The notes under the pieces were generated by a model. The model saw nothing but the letters and a program-made list of their open reading frames with translations. It searched no databases and was not told the origin of the DNA. A DNA stretch of 64,000 nucleotides from Deferribacterales bacterium. Its GTDB lineage: Bacteria; Chrysiogenota; Deferribacteres; Deferribacterales; Geovibrionaceae. Made by a program: the position numbers and the translations under genes. This document shows positions 7,925 to 17,346 of the stretch, piece by piece. The stretch covers positions 14,143 through 78,142 of the forward strand of contig JBFWJG010000003.1 of the NCBI GenBank assembly GCA_050253335.1, in the 5' to 3' direction. Positions within the stretch are counted from its first letter, which is position 1; each line of letters starts with the position of its first letter.

Positions 7925-10900
7925 ATCTGGTCTTCAGTTCCCGACACAGAACCTTTGCAAATTCCAACCCGCTCCAATCAGAACGGTTTCCTATGACATA
8001 AACACGTAACTTTGCCCTTGTGACAGCCACATTCAAAAGATTAGGCTTGCTGCATACCCAGTTCCGGCTGCCGTAGCCTTTTGAACCAGAAGCAGAGCCG
8101 AGGACGATAAATACAATGTCCGCCTCCTTACCCTGAAAAGTGTGGACAGTACCGCACTGAATTTTATCTGATAATCCAAGTTCCCTAACTGCCTTTCTTG
8201 CGGTAGTTGCAACTTTCCTGAAAGGAGCAATGACATAGACACTTGCCTCCCTGTCTTTTCCAACCACAGGGAAATCCCCTTTCAGTCTTGTCAGGGCTTC
8301 AGCTAAGAAGTCAATTTCTTCTTGAACAACCTGTTCCTGTGAAGAACCTTTTATATCAAACCAACAACTATCACCAAGCACACACGAAACTGATTCAGGG
8401 TTATTATTTGCCTGAACCATCTGGTTGCCATAAGCTATTTCATTGGATATTGAAAACATCGGCTCAATGCACCGTCTATGCGCTCTTAAAGGCAATCCAA
8501 CCCAAGTATCACCCACATAAGAGCCATACTTCATGGTACGGTCGGCAACTGTCTGAACGGATGCAGACAGAGGGCAGAAATATTCTTCAACCTTGTAGTG
8601 CTGTTTCATTTTTTCTACAATGATATTCGGAACTGTCATAACAGGTTCTATCTGCATGGGATCTCCTATGATAACAGCCCTTTTGGAACGCCAGATAGCC
8701 CCCGCTGCCATTTGAGGAGTAGACTGTCCGGCTTCATCCACCAGAAGCCAGCCCAGAGACTCCTTTCCAAGCCCTTTAAAAAGCCGAGAGAGTGATGCAA
8801 AAGTTGTTGAAACGACAGGAGTAATGAAAAAGAGCATGTTCCATATTGAGAGTAATTCCTCTGCGGAGATAACTCCACCCTTGTTATTCAACAACCCCTT
8901 TACAGCCTTCATATTTGCGTCCCACTTACCAGCCGTAGCGCACATCGTCCACTCATGAAGCTTGAGAGCTGCCAAGAATAATTCTGCGCGTAACACTTCT
9001 ACTTCTTTTGTCGTCCATAAGCTTTTGAGATGTATTTCCTGCTTCTCTTGTACAAAGAATTTTTTATCAGGAAAATTTATATCTTTAGTTTGTAGAGGGT
9101 TAAATAAAGCCTGTAATTTTTCAAGTTCTAAGAGAATAGCCTTTTTCTGCTTGTTCAGTTCATTTATTACAGATTTACTGAGTTGAGATAAAGAATCAAT
9201 TTTTTTATTAATATCCTTAAGTTCCTTGTCAACAAGAATAATCTTTTCATTTACAACGATATAACCCTGTTCAAGCTTCTCGTACCCTTCCAGCCAAAGC
9301 TTATATGAGAGAAACTTAAACCAAACAGCTAAAATCCACGGTTTACGACGCTCATGCTGTCCGAGTCTAATCTTTTCATTCTCTTGCTGCCGTTCCAGAG
9401 ATTTTTTTTCTGACCCTAATGCTTCTTTTTGAGAGACGAGTTCACTTATCTGAAGACGAAGCTGCTCACTCTTGTCATTTTCCTCTGCAAGCTTACTTTC
9501 AACATCAGTTAGTGCTTCTTCTAGTTCATATATTTCTTCAATAAACGGTTGCAGACTGATAATATGTTCTTTATAAGCATTAAATATTTTAAGCTTTTTA
9601 TTAAAATTATCCTTCGCTACTTTCCAGTTCTTTGAAGCCTCTTTATAATTACTTTTCCAATGTTCCAAATAAAGCTTCAGCGTGCATGGCATATCAGGGA
9701 CAAAAACCTTGTTCACATGCTGAGACTGAACAATGCCACTACTGAATTTTATCTCAATTTCACTTATTGACGGATTCTGGAAGTAATCAGATACCGATAT
9801 ATACTCAGCACTTTCAGGACTTTTTTTAACCTTTTTAAATATCCAAATATCATTTGCTTTGCTCTCAGGTTCACCAAAGAGGTTTTCAATATCAGACTGC
9901 TTGGTTTCATTTTTTATTACGATATTCTTTAAGAGTTCGGTATCCCGCCCCTCAAAAGGATCATAAACCTTACTGATAAATTCATGTCTATTAACAGCAT
10001 TGCCCAAAGGCGCAGCCACTAAGCCCCACGCACTCTCACCAAATTTATTTAGAGCAACTTCCTTAATATAACTTGTGTCAGGGAAGGCTTTTGAGTCAAT
10101 TTTTGTCGGTATTTCCGCTGATATATTCTTGACAGCATTATTATTACTGCTGGCAACCACTATCTGCGTATTCTGCATTATGTTACAGTCTAGGCTGTAA
10201 ACTTTTATATTTTCTGATGAAAATTCGCCCTTAAACAAGTCTTTCGGGTAACGCAGATCAGATATTTTCTCGGCTCTTTTGATTATCACATCGGCGACTA
10301 CGTCCTGAAGCAGTGTTGTCTTACCTGTTCCGGGCGGACCATTGACGGAGATAAGTTTTGAATGTGGCTCTGAAGAGTCCAGTATTTTGAAGACCGCTGC
10401 TTGTTGAGCAAGCATAAGGGAATGTTCGGGATTGGTAGCCCATCTGCCCATCGGCAGCAGCTCTGGTCTTAGGCACTGTTTTAAATATGTTTTGTTGGCG
10501 AGAATATCTCTTCTTTCTTCTGAATTTGTAGTAGATAGGTATGCCTCAAGAGCTTGCCCGAATATCTCCCCAGAGTTATTTACAAGCGTGTCGAGATCTG
10601 AAAGGAAAAAGGAGTTAATCAGGTCAGAATCCGTACTTATTTCAGAATTGTTTCTTAAACCAAAACATCTTACAAAAACCTCAATATTTTCTTCTTCCAG
10701 AGGGTAGCGGATAATTTTGGTAATCAGATCGATTTCATCATTGATAAAATCCCAATCAACTTGCTTTTTGTCATCGTTTACAGAGAATTTACTTGATATT
10801 CTGCCGTCAAAGGCAAGGGAGTAATTTTGAAGCTCGTCATTAATACTTTCTAAACTTTCGGGAATGCTTAGTTTTTCAATACCTATAATAAAGCTTGCCA

Positions 10901-11252
10901 GAGTATAGCTTTTTTCAACAGGTTTTCCTTTTCCATCAACGCAGAAAACGGCAAAACAACCGCCACTTTCATCAATTCTTTCTTTTTCGTCTATACTCAT
11001 TTCAGGAGAATCAGGAATAAGGCTTAAAATATGCCTGATAATATGTTGCTTGGAAGTAAATCCTAAATAAACCTGAAAATAAACCTTTTCGCTAATGGAC
11101 TTCTGCCACGGGAAGGGCTTTCCTAAGTTTTTGTTATATGAACTATATGCAAAAGTTTTTTCATCGTCATTTTTTTGTAACGAAGGAACATCAAATATAT
11201 CAACGGCTCGCCAAAATTTCAGAATGTTTGTTACTCGTTGTCTGTCAGTCAT
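7923..11252 (-). CDS. Superfamily 1 (DNA2/NAM7/Upf1-like, AAA_11/AAA_12) helicase with coiled-coil insertion
   Basis: GPPGTGKTT, SSNNNAV, VDEAGQ, GDPMQIEPV, HRRC, GTVHTFQGKEAD, NVAVTRAK motifs. Confidence 0.9.
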   Translation of the reverse strand: MTDRQRVTNILKFWRAVDIFDVPSLQKNDDEKTFAYSSYNKNLGKPFPWQKSISEKVYFQVYLGFTSKQHIIRHILSLIPDSPEMSIDEKERIDESGGCFAVFCVDGKGKPVEKSYTLASFIIGIEKLSIPESLESINDELQNYSLAFDGRISSKFSVNDDKKQVDWDFINDEIDLITKIIRYPLEEENIEVFVRCFGLRNNSEISTDSDLINSFFLSDLDTLVNNSGEIFGQALEAYLSTTNSEERRDILANKTYLKQCLRPELLPMGRWATNPEHSLMLAQQAAVFKILDSSEPHSKLISVNGPPGTGKTTLLQDVVADVIIKRAEKISDLRYPKDLFKGEFSSENIKVYSLDCNIMQNTQIVVASSNNNAVKNISAEIPTKIDSKAFPDTSYIKEVALNKFGESAWGLVAAPLGNAVNRHEFISKVYDPFEGRDTELLKNIVIKNETKQSDIENLFGEPESKANDIWIFKKVKKSPESAEYISVSDYFQNPSISEIEIKFSSGIVQSQHVNKVFVPDMPCTLKLYLEHWKSNYKEASKNWKVAKDNFNKKLKIFNAYKEHIISLQPFIEEIYELEEALTDVESKLAEENDKSEQLRLQISELVSQKEALGSEKKSLERQQENEKIRLGQHERRKPWILAVWFKFLSYKLWLEGYEKLEQGYIVVNEKIILVDKELKDINKKIDSLSQLSKSVINELNKQKKAILLELEKLQALFNPLQTKDINFPDKKFFVQEKQEIHLKSLWTTKEVEVLRAELFLAALKLHEWTMCATAGKWDANMKAVKGLLNNKGGVISAEELLSIWNMLFFITPVVSTTFASLSRLFKGLGKESLGWLLVDEAGQSTPQMAAGAIWRSKRAVIIGDPMQIEPVMTVPNIIVEKMKQHYKVEEYFCPLSASVQTVADRTMKYGSYVGDTWVGLPLRAHRRCIEPMFSISNEIAYGNQMVQANNNPESVSCVLGDSCWFDIKGSSQEQVVQEEIDFLAEALTRLKGDFPVVGKDREASVYVIAPFRKVATTARKAVRELGLSDKIQCGTVHTFQGKEADIVFIVLGSASGSKGYGSRNWVCSKPNLLNVAVTRAKLRVYVIGNRSDWSGLEFAKVLCRELKTR

Positions 11253-11364
11253 CTTTACCCTTCAGACGTATTTTAAGCTAACGTGCCTAAAGGGTAACAT
11301 AAATTTTCAAGATGTGTCAGCAATTTTAAATTTTGAGAAAACAGTATAAATGTTTTAATATCAA

Positions 11365-12507
11365 TTAATAATCTATTCGATCAATCAACTCCTTGCCTCT
11401 CCATTCTGTATTTGGTTCACCAAGATATATAGAGCCATAATCTTCATATGCTTCGATGTTATAACCAATATCATCAATCAATAAAGCACTGTATTCTTTA
11501 ATCGTACTTTCAAAACTATTTAACAAATCCTTATCTACCAAACACCCAAGTTCAGATTTGCTTATTAAGTTTTCGATGCGCTCTATTGCACTCGGGTGTG
11601 TTTTAACAGATAAAGGTGATGCTGGTGAAATGTAATCACTTGCAACCTCATATAAAGCAAGCCCTATAAACCAAAGTATTGCAGAATTTAAAATTCTGGA
11701 ACGCTCAACCATATTATATTTTGGAATTAAAATTGAAAAGATATCAGCCTCTAATTCTTGCTTTTGAGAATTATTGAAAACCTTGACGAATCCATAATCA
11801 TTATTAGTTTGACCCACTGCTTGTAGTATAGGCTTTTCAATCATATCACCTACCGACAAATGCCCCAAACAACAGTGTGCAAACTCATGTCCAACAATAA
11901 ATTTCAATTGATCCGAAATAGGTTTATGAATATCAAAAACAATATTTTCAGGAACAATCCCTCTTGGATCAAGAAGAAAATCCATACTTTCAGTTTGCAG
12001 CATTGTTCTTACAGCTATCCTTAAAGAATTGAATTTAACACTTATAGGAATTTGTCCCCCAAAGTCAAGTATGGCTAAATGAAAAAACTTAAGAAAAAAG
12101 TTTAAGGATTTGCTTATTGAACATATAATTCCAATCCCAGAGTCATAAATAATACCATTCGGTTCACTTGTGAAAATATCCCCACAATAAATTGCTTGGC
12201 ATCTCAACCTGTACTCTTCAGGAAGCTTTCTTAGGACTTCAGCATAATGCTCTCTACGAAAATATGACTCAGGACTCCAATTTAAATTACCTTGTTTTTC
12301 GTGAAAATATTTTAAATGATAAAATACCCTAGAGTATCGTGGATGGTCAGTTAGAGTATCGGCTCTGAGTTTCAGTAAATAGTCCTCTCCATTTCGTATA
12401 TTGTAAATTCTTTCAATTTCTTGTTTTGAATATAAACCCATATACCATTCAGGTCCAAATGGATAGTCACTTAAAAAACTTTTTCTAGAGCGAGGGGCTA
12501 TGCTCAT
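11365..12507 (-). CDS. HExxH metallopeptidase, Lit/U49- or M48-like
   Basis: GHEFAHCCLGH, QELEAD and THPSAIERI motifs; GGAG RBS before ATG 12507; AT-rich. Confidence 0.7.
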   Translation of the reverse strand: MSIAPRSRKSFLSDYPFGPEWYMGLYSKQEIERIYNIRNGEDYLLKLRADTLTDHPRYSRVFYHLKYFHEKQGNLNWSPESYFRREHYAEVLRKLPEEYRLRCQAIYCGDIFTSEPNGIIYDSGIGIICSISKSLNFFLKFFHLAILDFGGQIPISVKFNSLRIAVRTMLQTESMDFLLDPRGIVPENIVFDIHKPISDQLKFIVGHEFAHCCLGHLSVGDMIEKPILQAVGQTNNDYGFVKVFNNSQKQELEADIFSILIPKYNMVERSRILNSAILWFIGLALYEVASDYISPASPLSVKTHPSAIERIENLISKSELGCLVDKDLLNSFESTIKEYSALLIDDIGYNIEAYEDYGSIYLGEPNTEWRGKELIDRIDY

Positions 12508-12545
12508 TGATACTTCTCCGCATGATCTGAGCTTAATTAGATGCT

Positions 12546-12854
12546 TCAAGCACTCTGCCTTTTTATAAAAAGAGTATATCCAAGGGCAGCAAGAATTTCC
12601 TTCAAAGTCTTCAGCTTGGGATTGCCCTGACCGGAGAGAGTCTTATAAAGCGATTCTCTGGATAGACCTGTTACCTCAGATAATTTGGCAAAGCCTATAC
12701 CTGCTTGAACAACCTGCCTGATTGCCAACAAAAACTCCAGTTCATCACCGTTCTCGGCATAATTCTCCGCTGCAATCTCAAGATACTCAATGCGACTTTC
12801 AGGTGTAGAAAGCCTTTCCTGAATAAGATTATCAAGCGTTCTATAAATTCTCAT
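12546..12854 (-). CDS. Addiction-module antitoxin, HTH (HigA/HI1420-like)
   Basis: 'GLSRESLYKTLSGQGNPKLKTL' HTH signature; overlaps the upstream toxin gene. Confidence 0.85.
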   Translation of the reverse strand: MRIYRTLDNLIQERLSTPESRIEYLEIAAENYAENGDELEFLLAIRQVVQAGIGFAKLSEVTGLSRESLYKTLSGQGNPKLKTLKEILAALGYTLFIKRQSA

Positions 12855-13161
12855 TGTAGTCACTCCACAACTGTTTTGCCGACTCAATATCTTTGCTCTG
12901 AGTCTTCTTGTTTCCACCACATAAAAGAATAACTATCTTGTTATTTTTTATGCCGTAATAAACCCGATACCCGCCTCCATAGGTAAAGCGTAGCTCATAC
13001 ACGGAGGAACCGACAGATTTATGATCACCTAAATTCCCAGACCTAATCCGGTCTAATCGCTGAAGGACTCTCACTTGATCCTTAGAATCCAGATCCCCCA
13101 ACCAAATATTAAAAGGTTCTTTCCCATCTTCTGTCCGGTAGATTATAATTTCATATGACAT
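12841..13161 (-). CDS. RelE/ParE-family toxin (HigB/HI1419-like addiction module killer)
   Basis: 'GNLGDHKSVG..VYELR...GGGYRVYYG...LLCGGNKKTQSKDI' signature. Confidence 0.9.
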   Translation of the reverse strand: MSYEIIIYRTEDGKEPFNIWLGDLDSKDQVRVLQRLDRIRSGNLGDHKSVGSSVYELRFTYGGGYRVYYGIKNNKIVILLCGGNKKTQSKDIESAKQLWSDYNENL

Positions 13162-13275
13162 AAATAAAAGTAGCCCAAAAGATACAAATATTCAAGGTTT
13201 AATTTAAACGATTCACCAAAACCTATTTTTTCCTTGATGTCAATTTGCTTACAGCAGCATTATATAGCAATAAAA

Positions 13276-13320
13276 AAAGGCGCTGAACAAAAGATATATA
13301 TCTTTTATATCAACGCCTTT
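13276..13320 (-). terminator. Hairpin/terminator downstream of dinJ-yafQ
   Basis: aaaggcg(c/t)tga...tcaacgccttt stem with an A-tract on the + strand (U-tract on -). Confidence 0.5.
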
Positions 13321-13418
13321 CAGAAATCGGGTCAAAAGAATCAACTACATCTTCCCTCACTGACGGATAAATGGCGGATAAATGTCTGAATAGATCGTTC
13401 ATTGGTCAGTGATGAAAT

Positions 13419-13526
13419 AATGGTGTAAGCAAGACAACTGCCACAGAAGAGCTTGGCAATCTATCAGACAAAGATTTACTGTTCCATTCAGGAACTGGGC
13501 GAGGCAGCAATTATACTTTAAAATAA
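13419..13526 (+). pseudogene. Remnant of a C-terminal winged-HTH domain (as on AlbA/RecG-C/Fic proteins)
   Basis: Translates NGVSKTTATEELGNLSDKDLLFHSGTGRGSNYTLK*; no start codon, in-frame stop at 13413. Confidence 0.5.
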
Positions 13527-13665
13527 TCGGCCGCTAATTGGCCGAATTGGCCACTAATTGACCGCTAATTGGCTGATACATTAAGTCAACAGCCTATTAT
13601 CTCATTGGCGGATAAATGTCTGAATAGGCAGAGCTAAGGACTGTAGATATTTGTTTAAAGATAAC

Positions 13666-13944
13666 TTATATTTTTTGCCCAAACAGGTTAGAGTGTTTAC
13701 CGATACGTATTAAACGGACTTCTTCAGAAGTGATTTCATAGATTAGCACAACATCGGGAAATAGATGACAATCTCTACAGCCAAGAAATTCACCGATGAG
13801 CGGATGATCCTTATATTTGACAGGCAGAGAAGTCTCCTCCATGAGCAACCCTATAACTTCTCTAAGCTCAGACTCTACTGCTTTATTGTGTTTAAAAGCC
13901 TTATAGTCTTTCTTAAATTTACTCGTTATAACAAGCTCTTTCAA
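13666..13944 (-). CDS. yafQ: YafQ-family mRNA interferase toxin
   Basis: 'YKDHPLIG..GCRDCHLFPDVVLIY...RLIRIGKHSNLF' signature. Confidence 0.9.
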   Translation of the reverse strand: MKELVITSKFKKDYKAFKHNKAVESELREVIGLLMEETSLPVKYKDHPLIGEFLGCRDCHLFPDVVLIYEITSEEVRLIRIGKHSNLFGQKI

Positions 13945-14201
13945 GAGTTCAAATCCTCGAAGAGTTCGTCCACGTTTTTAAAGCGTTTGGTACTTTTTCC
14001 GCTTCTGGCTTCTTCTATAGCTTCTCTCGTTTCCTTGTTGGGTAGCTTTATTTCAAAAGGTATCCCATTATTAAGAACGATCTGAGAATAGAAAATATTT
14101 ACTGCCTCGCTTGCTGTGAGACCAAGAGCAGAGAGAATATCATTAGCTTCTTTTTTCAGTTCTTCAGGCATTCTGACCTGTAAAGTTGCACTTCTCATCA
14201 T
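13941..14201 (-). CDS. dinJ: RelB/DinJ antitoxin
   Basis: 'LGLTASEAVNIFYSQIVLNNGIPFEIKLPNKET' RelB/DinJ signature; overlaps yafQ. Confidence 0.9.
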   Translation of the reverse strand: MMRSATLQVRMPEELKKEANDILSALGLTASEAVNIFYSQIVLNNGIPFEIKLPNKETREAIEEARSGKSTKRFKNVDELFEDLNS

Positions 14202-14331
14202 GCACCTCCTTGTAGTGCTAATGTAATGACAATATATTTGGAGTGCAATAGTGAATTAAATAATATTTTTCATTCCCCAACGTATCTAATTATAATATCA
14301 GCTTCTTTGGTCTGAAAGGTGAACGCTGCTA

Positions 14332-14355
14332 ATTCTGTCAGAATTCTGACAGAAT
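14332..14355. promoter_or_regulatory. 24-bp perfect palindrome, possible integrase arm/accessory binding site
   Basis: attctgtcagaattctgacagaat, about 100 bp inside the att core. Confidence 0.45.
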
Positions 14356-14456
14356 GAAGGAATTTGCAGGAAACAATGGGATATTAAAAACAGATTAAAT
14401 CATTGCTGATATTCATTTTAGATCCTTTAAGTTCCCGCTGATTCCCATATCTTTAA

Positions 14457-14480
14457 GGGTTCGAGTCCCCCTTTCGGCAC
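14457..14480 (+). other. att site: duplicated 3' end of a tRNA (probably tRNA-Leu)
   Basis: gggttcgagtccccctttcggcac = T-loop plus acceptor 3' strand, with no 5' half upstream; marks the switch from ICE cargo to host genes. Confidence 0.8.
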
Positions 14481-14488
14481 TCTGAGAA

Positions 14489-14537
14489 ATCCGGAACTGT
14501 GCAGAGGTAGAGGAACTCTCCCCGCACAGTTCCGGAT
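14489..14537. terminator. Long hairpin after tRNA 3' fragment, likely bidirectional terminator
   Basis: atccggaactgtgc...gcacagttccggat, 14-bp perfect stem. Confidence 0.65.
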
Positions 14538-14538
14538 C

Positions 14539-15036
14539 TTATTCAACCCATGTGAAAAATCCCTGTCTGAAAGTATAGAATGAGAATCTGCCCCCTTCTT
14601 CCGGTTTTGACACAACAGAAGAAAGAGAGCCTTTTTCATCTATGGCGTAGCAAAAAGGCGGTTCGTTCCCGCTTTTCATAGGAACTGAAACCCGCACAGG
14701 TTCTTCTGAGCTTCCCTTGAACTCTATGCCGATAACGGGGTTAGCTGATATTTTGCCGTCAGGCAGAGTCAGCACGCCTTTGTTCAGGGTAATCGTCAGA
14801 GTAAGCCCCCGGGGCGGGAAAATATCTATGCCGTCAAGGGCGGTGCCTGTGTTCCGTATACGGCAGACCTCTCCGCCGCATACAGCTATATTCACTGACT
14901 CCCCTGCTTTGTAGAAGTCATTTTTCGGGGGTTTCAAAGACATGGCTTCACCGGAGGAGCATATTGTTATTATGAATATCACAAAGGTTAAGAAACGGCG
15001 CAGCCCTTCCGAGCCGCGCCTTTTATCTGTCATCAT
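14539..15036 (-). CDS. Exported hypothetical protein, paralog of the N-terminal domain of the upstream lipoprotein
   Basis: Signal-like N-terminus; GTALDGIDI.. / YAIDEKGSL resembles TALDGAVI.. / FYVDENGVL. Confidence 0.6.
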   Translation of the reverse strand: MMTDKRRGSEGLRRFLTFVIFIITICSSGEAMSLKPPKNDFYKAGESVNIAVCGGEVCRIRNTGTALDGIDIFPPRGLTLTITLNKGVLTLPDGKISANPVIGIEFKGSSEEPVRVSVPMKSGNEPPFCYAIDEKGSLSSVVSKPEEGGRFSFYTFRQGFFTWVE

Positions 15037-17039
15037 TTTTTAAGCGCCCTTCTTTCCGCAGCAGAAGGAATATCGCAGGTGACTCTGGGAACAAATGCTG
15101 AAGCACCTGACGGAAGAACTATTCCATATACCGCCGGATCAAGAACTATCGGGAAGTAGAAGTCAACCCAGTCCGCACCTGTGCCCGTATGAGCATCATT
15201 CGACGGGTTGCTTGCGCCCAGATAGCCTGTCATTATGTATTCGACTTCATAATCTGTTTCTTCATACAGTTTAACAGAAATTTTGAAGTTTGTTCCTATC
15301 TCTTCCTCGTCATTATGGTCGCTGTAGTAATGCAGACGAACAAGATATTCACCGTTCCACCTGATAGTGTCTGTTGTTGTCAGTGTCCAGTGTTCCGGCC
15401 CGTATCCTGTTGTTATATCATAGTCAAGCTCACCGCCGTCAGCTGTAAACTTATGGAAATAGGCGGAATAATCGCCGTTCGGGTCGATGACATAAAGATC
15501 CACATCCGTATCATTCTTGTCCCATGTGAGCGTAACAAGCATCACTGCGCTGTCCACATTGACATTGATACTGAATGGGTTTGCGTCCATGTTGTTGGGA
15601 GAAACCGTAACAAGCTCTCCGCTGACTCTGCCTTTTGTGACAAAGCTCAGCTTATTCTCGCCTGTTTTAAGGCTCACGCCAACGCTGAAGTTGCCGCTGT
15701 TGTCAACAAGAGTTGAAAATTTCTCTGTGCCGACAAACACATCCAGATTAGTAATAAGCACTTCGCTGCTTTCCACAACACCGACAAGCTGAATATTCCT
15801 TGTGGTGACAACCTCTCCGTTGGTGTGTGAGGTTATGCTTATCTGAGGCTTGTTGTCTGAAGTGAAGCTGTGCTGAGCGTCCTGAAAGATATTTTCGTAT
15901 GTTTCATTGAGGCTGTAGGTGCCTGTACCGTTCAGGAAAAATTTTGTATAGTTTCCGTAAGGCTGAAACTGTTTTGTCTCTGTGTCATAAATAATATAGG
16001 TGGTATCGCCCGGATGGTTCGGGTCATAAATGAACAGCTGACCGTCGCTTTCGTCCACCCCGTAAGCAAGCACAGCGTGCCCGCCTGTGAACTGTCCGTT
16101 TTCACCCACTGATTTAATACTGAGATTAACCGGACGTTTTGTCAGCTTGATTGCGCTGACTATTGCTTTATACCTGTATTCATCAGTAGTGTTGATATTC
16201 GGCAGGATATATTCTGACCAGTTCCATGACTGGTTTGCGGCGCTGAACGCCCTTGTGGCTATAACATCCTGTCCGATTACCGAGTCACCGTTCACATCTG
16301 TGCCGACGCTTGTGAGGTATCTGTCATAAAGCCCGCCGTGGCCTTCCCTTTTCTGGTCGTAGTACCACTGGGCAAAGGTTGTCATGCCGAAACATTCGCC
16401 GCCTGTGTGATAGCTTGAGCCCATATTGGCGATATTGAATCCGTCAACCAAAGGACGAAAGCCTGTGTCCTCGTCCGGAGAGTCGGTAAGGACGTCCACA
16501 ATCCATGCCCATACAGATGTGTGGGTGGTGACGAATGTGAAGGTTTTATTCACGGTATCAACATTGGTTACCAGAACAGGCCTGAGCACGCCGTTTTCAT
16601 CAACATAAAAAGGCACGGGTACGTTGCTGGCATCATCAAAAGGAAGAGTTATTTCCACAGGCTGGGAGAACGTTGAGCCTCCCTCAGAGTGTATATAAAG
16701 CGTCCCGCCCTGAGCCGATGAGCTTACGCCCTCGGGGAGAGCCACATTTCCGGTATTATAGCCGACTGTTATCTCTGAAATATTGTCAAGAGCGCCGGAA
16801 GGGAAAGTTATCACCGCTCCGTCAAGCGCCGTGTCTGTTCCGCTTATGGTGACAGTTCCGCCGTTTTCACCTATTGACGCAGTTTCAAGAACAACATCAC
16901 TGCCCGGCGTAAAGACCGCTTCGCCTTCAGGCAGATCATCCCCGCTGCTGTCACCGCTGGTTCCGCCGCCGCTGCCGCCGCCGCATGCATACAAAATCGT
17001 GAACATGAGTCCGATAAGTAAAAGTTTCAAGAGTCTCAT
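15033..17039 (-). CDS. Lipoprotein with ZU5-like domain, papain-fold (Cys-His-Asp) domain and YfaP/DUF2135-like C-terminal domain
   Basis: Lipobox LYAC; GECFGMT, GHAVLAYG, IYDPNHP; LTWDKNDTDVDLYVIDPNG...DITTGYGPEH. Confidence 0.7.
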   Translation of the reverse strand: MRLLKLLLIGLMFTILYACGGGSGGGTSGDSSGDDLPEGEAVFTPGSDVVLETASIGENGGTVTISGTDTALDGAVITFPSGALDNISEITVGYNTGNVALPEGVSSSAQGGTLYIHSEGGSTFSQPVEITLPFDDASNVPVPFYVDENGVLRPVLVTNVDTVNKTFTFVTTHTSVWAWIVDVLTDSPDEDTGFRPLVDGFNIANMGSSYHTGGECFGMTTFAQWYYDQKREGHGGLYDRYLTSVGTDVNGDSVIGQDVIATRAFSAANQSWNWSEYILPNINTTDEYRYKAIVSAIKLTKRPVNLSIKSVGENGQFTGGHAVLAYGVDESDGQLFIYDPNHPGDTTYIIYDTETKQFQPYGNYTKFFLNGTGTYSLNETYENIFQDAQHSFTSDNKPQISITSHTNGEVVTTRNIQLVGVVESSEVLITNLDVFVGTEKFSTLVDNSGNFSVGVSLKTGENKLSFVTKGRVSGELVTVSPNNMDANPFSINVNVDSAVMLVTLTWDKNDTDVDLYVIDPNGDYSAYFHKFTADGGELDYDITTGYGPEHWTLTTTDTIRWNGEYLVRLHYYSDHNDEEEIGTNFKISVKLYEETDYEVEYIMTGYLGASNPSNDAHTGTGADWVDFYFPIVLDPAVYGIVLPSGASAFVPRVTCDIPSAAERRALKK

Positions 17040-17346
17040 AGCCTGACCTCCGCTCTTGTTATTGGATCGTATTTCAATTATACACCCGTTTGACGCAATG
17101 CAACCGAATCTGAAAATATTTATCCCCGACTCGCATCTGACCTCGTATATATAGCATTGATAAATATATGTTATTTACAATATGACGACTTCATGCGGAA
17201 AAAAGATATGAACATAGGACGATATCGGCGTAAGTTTATGCTGTTTTGTGAATTTTAAGAGAGCTACGCTCAGCCGGAAAAAAACCTGCCCGTCCTTCTG
17301 CGGTTAAGGCACGGGCAGGAATATGGAGGGAAGACCCTGTCTGTTG

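Larger units (their letters stand above)
1..14480. mobile_element. Right portion of an F-type integrative conjugative element integrated at a tRNA
   Basis: traN/traH/traG, TA systems, AT-rich cargo and terminal tRNA-fragment att. Confidence 0.8.

Noticed and set aside
14427..14480. Intact tRNA gene
   Set aside because: Only the T-loop and acceptor 3' strand are present, with no D or anticodon arm; treated as an att site.
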